DNA from: Bacteroidales bacterium
GTDB taxonomy: Bacteria > Bacteroidota > Bacteroidia > Bacteroidales > TTA-H9
DNA: 64,000 nucleotides
Direction of reading: 5' to 3'
Assembly (NCBI GenBank): GCA_035411425.1
Contig: DAONSX010000001.1
Span: forward strand, 1,678 to 65,677
Of this stretch, positions 58,839-64,000 are shown one piece after another (within the stretch, counting starts at the first letter, position 1; every line of letters begins with the position of its first letter). Made by a program: the position numbers and the translations under genes. The notes beneath the pieces are model-generated. The model had not been told where the DNA came from and searched no databases. It saw nothing but the letters and a program-made list of their open reading frames with translations.

Positions 58839-58882
58839 AAAAAAACAGGAGAATGCCTATCTATAAACATTCTCCTGTTTTT
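58839..58882. terminator. Bidirectional intrinsic terminator (serves tRNA-Val on the minus strand)
   Basis: A7, then an 11-bp stem ACAGGAGAATG/CATTCTCCTGT (58845-58855 / 58868-58878), then T4. Confidence 0.65.
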
Positions 58883-58886
58883 ATTG

Positions 58887-58961
58887 TGGGAGCTATAGGA
58901 GTCGAACCTATGACCCTCTGCTTGTAGGGCAGATGCTCTAAACCAACTGAGCTAAGCTCCC
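58887..58961 (-). tRNA. tRNA-Val (anticodon TAC)
   Basis: The minus strand reads GGGAGCT-TA-GCTCAGTTGGTTTAGAGC, with anticodon stem-loop TCTGC-CCTACAA-GCAGA, T arm ATAGG-TTCGACT-CCTAT, and acceptor AGCTCCC plus A. Confidence 0.9.
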
Positions 58962-58977
58962 CTTCGATATTGCGCTG

Positions 58978-58985
58978 CAAAGATA
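58978..58985 (-). promoter_or_regulatory. Candidate -7 box TATCTTTG (minus strand)
   Basis: TAnnTTTG on the minus strand, 17 nt upstream of the tRNA-Val 5' end. Confidence 0.45.
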
Positions 58986-59128
58986 GAGCATAATCTTCGT
59001 TGTTTCCAAATTTTTTCGATATAATTCTTGGAATTTCCTTCTATGGGATGAGATTTTTTGTTAATTAGAAGAATATCAAATTATTTATATATCGCCCTTC
59101 GGGTTGGATTTCATTATGCCATAATTTC

Positions 59129-59136
59129 TATCTTTG
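59129..59136 (+). promoter_or_regulatory. Candidate -7 box TATCTTTG
   Basis: TAnnTTTG match 11 nt upstream of the TTG 59147 start of the Omp85-family gene. Confidence 0.35.
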
Positions 59137-59146
59137 CACTGTTACC

Positions 59147-61519
59147 TTGCAAGTTGTGTACGATAAATATTTCATCGGATATATATTACTGATTGTGATT
59201 TTATCGGGCTGTAATCCAACCAAAAAACTACCCGAGAGGAAGTTTCTACTTACCGAAAACAAAATTGAGATAGAGCCTGAAAAGCAGATGAAGGCATCTG
59301 AAATACAGAAATATATTCTTCAAACTCCCAATAAGAAGTTTCTGGGAATGTTTCATATCAATCTATGGCTTTATAATGAAACGGCAAATTGGAAGGCATC
59401 GAAGTTTCGTGACTGGTTAAGGAGGTTAGGAGGGAAACCACCGGCTATTTACGACCCTAATCTTACCTTGTCGAGCGAAAGAAACATCAAAAATTATCTT
59501 TACAACAAGGGATATTTCAATGCAACTATAAAAAGCCAAGAAATTCTGCAAGACAAAAAAGCTGAAGTAGTTTATCATATAAAACTAAATAAATCATTCA
59601 AAATACGGAATTTTCTCTTAGAGGCAGAAGATACACTTGTAAGCCGTTATGCGAATCGAATCATGGCTAACACCCCCATTCGTCCAGGAGAAATCTACGA
59701 TTATTATGTATTGGAAGGGGAAAGGGAACGACTAACTGTTGAAATGCGAAATGCAGGATTTTATTTTTTCACCAACGATTACATTTTCTACGAAATTGAT
59801 ACTACCATAGGGCAAAAAAATCTGGATATAAGAATGTTGATTTTGAATCCATCAAATTTTACGGGTTTTGATCCTGGCCGAGCCAACGAATGGTTGGCTT
59901 TGCATCACTTGTACAAGATTCGAAATATTTATGTGTTTCCACAATACAGTAGCCACTCCGAAACAAATTCATTTTCTGACACCTTAGTCTATAATCGTAC
60001 AGGAACGGATGATACAAGTCAGGCGAAAAATGATATACTATACCTTATATATAATGAACCTCTGAAAATTCAGCCAAAAATTATTTCTCAGGCTATTTAT
60101 ATACATTCTGGTGACTTGTACTGCTTAAGGAATGCTGATTTGAGTTTTCGGGCATTAGCCGAGTTCCCCATTTATCGTTCTATCAATATCGAATTCAGGC
60201 TGGCCGATACAGCTGGTATTTCCCTGACGCGACATGGCCATCTCGATTGTTATATCTACTTGTCGCGAGCTGAAGTACAGGGATTCACTATCGAAACAGA
60301 AGTTACCAATACGGGAGGTGATCTGGGATTGTCGGGTAATTTGGTTTATACCAATCGAAATGTTTTTCGAGGAGCCGAGATGCTAAGGCTAAAACTGAGA
60401 GGTGCAGCCGAAATGCAAAAATCGTTCGAGCAAACTTCACAGAATAAGCTTCTTCTGTTCAATACTTATGAATCAGGAGCCGAACTCAATCTGACTTTCC
60501 CGCGTTTTGTTTGGCCTTTGAAAGGATTACGTTTTCCCAGTTCCATGCGAACTAAGTCGAATCTTCTGGTTGGATACAATTATCAAAACCGACCCGATTA
60601 TATTCGCCATATTACTAATGCTGCCTTTTCTTATCAATTGAAAGTATCCGATTTTAAGAGTCATCTTTTAACACCCTTAGAATTGAACGCTATAAAAATA
60701 TATGCAACTCCTTCATTCCAGCAACTCATCGATTCGATCGACGATCAAGGCATTCGGAGTCAATATAGTGATCATCTGATACCAGCCTTGAGATACAGCT
60801 ATATTTTTACCAATCAGGAAATTGGTAAATTCCACAATTACAAATATTTCCGTTTCGACTTCGAATCATCGGGCAATACCCTTTACGCTGTGGATCGATT
60901 AACCAATGTATCACCGAATATTCATAACGAATATACCTTCTTGGGAATTGCCTATGCACAATATTTGAAAGCCAGTTCCGATTTTCGGTATTTTTATATG
61001 TTTAACTTGAATAATACCTTGGTTATGCGAATTTTTGCCGGGGCTGCTATTCCCTATGGTAATAGTAATTATCTTCCCTTCGAAAAGGGCTTCTTTGCTG
61101 GCGGGGCAAATGGCATGAGGGGATGGACGCTTCGAATGCTGGGACCTGGCCATTTTTCAAGCGAAGGTGGTCAAAGATATAACCGCATGGGCGATCTCCA
61201 TTTCGAAACCAATCTCGAATATCGTTTCCCTATGTATAATTTCTTTAAAGGTGCATTCTTTCTGGATGCAGGAAATATTTGGCTGGTAAAATCCAATCCA
61301 ATGTATCCGGGAGGCCTGTTAAATGCCAGAACTTTTCTCAAGGAAATTGCCATGGATGCTGGTATAGGTATCCGTTTAGATTTTACTTATTTCGTTTTTC
61401 GTTTGGACGCTGCGTTGCCTCTTCTCGATCCTGCAAGGCCAGAGGGATCACGATGGCTACTGCCAAAATCTCGTTTATCGGATCTGGTATGGAATTTTGG
61501 GATAGGTTATCCTTTCTAA
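59147..61519 (+). CDS. BamA/TamA (Omp85) family outer membrane protein
   Basis: 790 aa. Lipoprotein-like signal (LIVILSGC), POTRA-like N-terminal region, C-terminal beta-barrel with alternating aromatic pattern ending ..WNFGIGYPF. The start is TTG 59147 or GTG 59156. Confidence 0.78.
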   Translation: MQVVYDKYFIGYILLIVILSGCNPTKKLPERKFLLTENKIEIEPEKQMKASEIQKYILQTPNKKFLGMFHINLWLYNETANWKASKFRDWLRRLGGKPPAIYDPNLTLSSERNIKNYLYNKGYFNATIKSQEILQDKKAEVVYHIKLNKSFKIRNFLLEAEDTLVSRYANRIMANTPIRPGEIYDYYVLEGERERLTVEMRNAGFYFFTNDYIFYEIDTTIGQKNLDIRMLILNPSNFTGFDPGRANEWLALHHLYKIRNIYVFPQYSSHSETNSFSDTLVYNRTGTDDTSQAKNDILYLIYNEPLKIQPKIISQAIYIHSGDLYCLRNADLSFRALAEFPIYRSINIEFRLADTAGISLTRHGHLDCYIYLSRAEVQGFTIETEVTNTGGDLGLSGNLVYTNRNVFRGAEMLRLKLRGAAEMQKSFEQTSQNKLLLFNTYESGAELNLTFPRFVWPLKGLRFPSSMRTKSNLLVGYNYQNRPDYIRHITNAAFSYQLKVSDFKSHLLTPLELNAIKIYATPSFQQLIDSIDDQGIRSQYSDHLIPALRYSYIFTNQEIGKFHNYKYFRFDFESSGNTLYAVDRLTNVSPNIHNEYTFLGIAYAQYLKASSDFRYFYMFNLNNTLVMRIFAGAAIPYGNSNYLPFEKGFFAGGANGMRGWTLRMLGPGHFSSEGGQRYNRMGDLHFETNLEYRFPMYNFFKGAFFLDAGNIWLVKSNPMYPGGLLNARTFLKEIAMDAGIGIRLDFTYFVFRLDAALPLLDPARPEGSRWLLPKSRLSDLVWNFGIGYPF

Positions 61520-61553
61520 ATGCACGTGTTCTGTTAAAACGATTATTGAATAC

Positions 61554-62843
61554 ATGACTTATACTGAAGCGGTAGATTATATTTTTCAACATTTGCCTAT
61601 GTTTACAAAAATAGGAGGTGTTGCCTATAAAGCCGATTTGAGCCGCACTCTTTATTTGTGTGAAAAGCTCGGTAATCCTCATCTAAACTTTCGTTCCATT
61701 CATATTGCAGGTACAAATGGAAAAGGCAGCGTGGCCTCTTTTCTAAGTTCCATCTTCATGGAGTCGGGTTCGAAAACAGCTTTGTTTACCTCCCCTCATC
61801 TGCGCGATTTTAGAGAAAGAATTACCATAAATGGAATACTCATCCCCGGAGATTATGTAGCTGAATTCATCGAAGAAAACAGACCAAATTTCGAAACCAT
61901 TCAACCTTCATTTTTTGAAATGAGTTTTGCTCTTGCTGTCAAATGGTTTAGCGACCAAAAGGTAGATGTGGCCATCATAGAAACCGGAATGGGAGGCAGG
62001 CTCGACTCAACCAACGTAATCCTTCCTGAGATAAGCATCATAACCAATATTGGACTAGACCATCAGCAATTTTTAGGCTCGACACTTGCTGAGATAGCTG
62101 CCGAAAAGGCCGGAATCATCAAACCAAACATTCCCGTGGTGATAGGCGAGCATAATCAGCAAACCGATCGTGTTTTCATCGAAAAAGCTATCCAAACTCA
62201 TTCATTACTCTTTTGGGCTGAAGATTTAAGTTCTGTCGAAGATTCCTTCTATGATGTTGAGAATAATTACTTGAACCTTTCGCTGATGATCCTTTCGGGA
62301 AAACTTATCCAGCTGCAAAGCCCTCTTCCGGCTGAGTACGAAATTAAAAACATAAGAACCGTGATGGCCGCTGCCGAAGTTTTAAACCAAAGCGGATATT
62401 CCCTTTCCGATGAAATTCTGGCTAATGGAATAAAAAATGTGCTGAAAAACACTGGTTTGAAAGGCCGTTGGCAAATTCTATCCAAAAATCCTCTCATTGT
62501 TGCTGATATTTCTCACAACGAACCCGGCATAAAGGAACTTATGAAGCAATTGAATAAATTGAAATACAATCATTTGCATTTCGTATTAGGAATGGTTTCC
62601 GATAAGGACAGTTTTTCTATTTTGCAGCTTTTTCCCAAAGAGGCTACCTATTATTTTTGCCAACCCAATATTCCTCGGGGCAAAGATGTCGAACAACTGG
62701 CCGATGAAGCTCATGAATTTGGTTTGCAGGGCAAAATATTCCACAGCGTAGAAGAAGCTTTCCGGACTGCTTGCGCTTCAGCCCTGGCCGACGATATGGT
62801 GCTGATAAGCGGCAGTGCCTTTGTAGTGGCTGAAATCATCTAA
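61554..62843 (+). CDS. folC: Bifunctional folylpolyglutamate synthase / dihydrofolate synthase
   Basis: HIAGTNGKGS P-loop, ETGMGGRLDSTN and the Mur-ligase fold pattern; 429 aa. Confidence 0.9.
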   Translation: MTYTEAVDYIFQHLPMFTKIGGVAYKADLSRTLYLCEKLGNPHLNFRSIHIAGTNGKGSVASFLSSIFMESGSKTALFTSPHLRDFRERITINGILIPGDYVAEFIEENRPNFETIQPSFFEMSFALAVKWFSDQKVDVAIIETGMGGRLDSTNVILPEISIITNIGLDHQQFLGSTLAEIAAEKAGIIKPNIPVVIGEHNQQTDRVFIEKAIQTHSLLFWAEDLSSVEDSFYDVENNYLNLSLMILSGKLIQLQSPLPAEYEIKNIRTVMAAAEVLNQSGYSLSDEILANGIKNVLKNTGLKGRWQILSKNPLIVADISHNEPGIKELMKQLNKLKYNHLHFVLGMVSDKDSFSILQLFPKEATYYFCQPNIPRGKDVEQLADEAHEFGLQGKIFHSVEEAFRTACASALADDMVLISGSAFVVAEII

Positions 62844-62921
62844 AGTAAAGGCTATTTCGCTTTTCTTATCAATTCCCTCTTGTTTCGTTCACCGAAACTT
62901 TTCATCTGAACTGAAAATTTG

Positions 62922-62929
62922 TAGGTTTG
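62922..62929 (+). promoter_or_regulatory. Candidate -7 box TAGGTTTG
   Basis: TAnnTTTG match 121 nt upstream of the ATG at 63050. Confidence 0.25.
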
Positions 62930-63049
62930 CCAGACAATATGCTTTATGATAAGTATTCGAATGAATGAGAATCTATCATGCATTAGACAAGGATTTTTAA
63001 TCTTATTGGTCAGTAAGATGAAAGCCTATTTAATTTCGAATTTTATCCC

Positions 63050-64000
63050 ATGATACTGAATTATATCTGGTTCGGTTTCTTTATTATCGCCTTCGTCATA
63101 GCTCTGGTTCATCTAATTTTTTTCCAAGATTCCAGTGTATTTGATGCTATTCTGCAATCTACGTTCGATAATGCCAAGGTAGGTTTTGAATTATCGCTTG
63201 GTTTGACTGGAGTGATGACTCTGTGGCTTGGTGTGATGCGAATTGGAGAAAAGGGGGGTATGGTCGAGATTTTAGCCAAACTCATAAATCCACTTTTCAG
63301 GAGGCTTTTTCCTGAAATACCGGCTAATCATCCGGTAAATGGATCTATATTATTGAATATAGCCGCTAACATGCTTGGTCTAGACAATGCAGCCACACCT
63401 CTGGGACTAAAAGCCATGAACCAGCTTCAGGAATTAAATCCTGAAAAGGAAAAGGCTTCCAATGCCATGATTATGTTTCTGGTTATCAATACTTCAGGCT
63501 TAACCATTATCCCCGTGAGCATAATGGTATATCGAGCTCAATTGGGCGCCGCAAATCCTGCCGATGTTTTCCTTCCAATTCTGCTATCTACCTTCGTCTC
63601 TACCTTGGCAGGAATCATTTCGGTCAGTCTGGTACAAAGGATTAATCTTGTTCAAAAAACCGTGCTATTATATTTGCTTGGATTCACTGCCATTGTTGGA
63701 GGATTGGTGTGGTATTTGAGCATTGTCGATCAACAAACCATGAATAAAATTTCGACAGCAATCAGTAGCGTTATTCTATTTTCGATTATCATTATTTTTA
63801 TGGTAATTGCTACGGTAAAAAAGGTAAGGGTGTACGATGAATTTATCGAAGGAGCCAAGGAGGGTTTTCATATTGCAGTAAGAATCATCCCTTATCTGGT
63901 GGGAATGTTAGTAGCCATTGGTGTATTTAGGGCATCGGGAGCTATGGATAGTCTGGTCGATGGAATTTCGTGGTGTGCACAAAAGGCAGGTCTCGATACT
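63050..64000 (+). CDS. Nucleoside recognition domain membrane protein (SpmA/SpmB-like); partial, runs off the right edge
   Basis: I translated from ATG 63050: MILNYIWFGFFIIAF..LGLTGVMTLWLGVMRIGEKGGMV..NMLGLDNAATPLGLKAM. It is open for 317 codons to nt 64000 and is absent from the ORF track because no stop lies in the window. Confidence 0.75.
   Translation, partial: MILNYIWFGFFIIAFVIALVHLIFFQDSSVFDAILQSTFDNAKVGFELSLGLTGVMTLWLGVMRIGEKGGMVEILAKLINPLFRRLFPEIPANHPVNGSILLNIAANMLGLDNAATPLGLKAMNQLQELNPEKEKASNAMIMFLVINTSGLTIIPVSIMVYRAQLGAANPADVFLPILLSTFVSTLAGIISVSLVQRINLVQKTVLLYLLGFTAIVGGLVWYLSIVDQQTMNKISTAISSVILFSIIIIFMVIATVKKVRVYDEFIEGAKEGFHIAVRIIPYLVGMLVAIGVFRASGAMDSLVDGISWCAQKAGLDT

Noticed and set aside
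44576-58961. Integrated mobile elements at the three tRNA genes (Leu 44576-44657, His 47821-47896, Val 58887-58961)
   Set aside because: There is no integrase, transposase or phage-like gene nearby, and I saw no duplicated tRNA 3'-end (att-like) repeat. The neighbours are core genes, apart from the small decayed stretch reported separately.
58992-59001. A third copy of TAATCTTCGT (matching the predicted CRISPR repeat) upstream of the Omp85-family gene as a possible protospacer or orphan repeat
   Set aside because: It is only a 10-11 nt match with no adjacent repeat-like sequence, and TCG/CGA-rich words are frequent in this genome. It is most likely coincidence.

Overview
This is a chromosomal segment from a Bacteroidota-type genome. 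The evidence is a T9SS C-terminal sorting domain, TAnnTTTG -7 promoter boxes in front of many genes, and the gene sets RimP-NusA-IF2, Tig-ClpP-ClpX, PanCD and KdsB/LptFG/Lgt. Almost the whole window is ordinary housekeeping: about 55 protein genes and three tRNAs (Leu-TAG, His-GTG, Val-TAC). The one accessory locus is at the left edge. Positions 1-4355 look empty in the supplied ORF track, but the minus strand holds a single uninterrupted frame of 1451 codons, which I translated by hand end to end. It encodes a large type II Cas9 with all RuvC and HNH catalytic motifs intact. Its C-terminus runs off the window, and the track lists only complete ORFs, so it was omitted. Divergent from cas9, at about 4489-4592 (+), is a textbook tracrRNA: anti-repeat ending ...TCACAAC, AAGGC nexus, two hairpins, and a C(UUCG)G terminator hairpin followed by T7. 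No CRISPR array, cas1 or cas2 is visible; if present they lie beyond the left edge. The most unusual observation is an insertion of about 300 aa inside the RuvC-III region of Cas9, between the conserved LWGL and RHHAxDA motifs, with a three-fold internal repeat. Also of note, two Bacteroidota-type promoter boxes sit upstream of and inside the anti-repeat, which suggests long and short tracrRNA isoforms. Minor observations elsewhere: a frameshifted HD-domain gene, a start-less 84-codon open frame next to tRNA-Val, a sigma-54 activator with no DNA-binding domain, an internally duplicated T9SS cargo protein, nfeD translationally coupled to a macrodomain gene, and a hairpin-rich intergenic region. 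Limits: I ran no homology, HMM or folding software. Product calls rest on motifs I recognise in the translations, and several starts were moved from the track's alternative-start codons to better-supported ATG/GTG codons.
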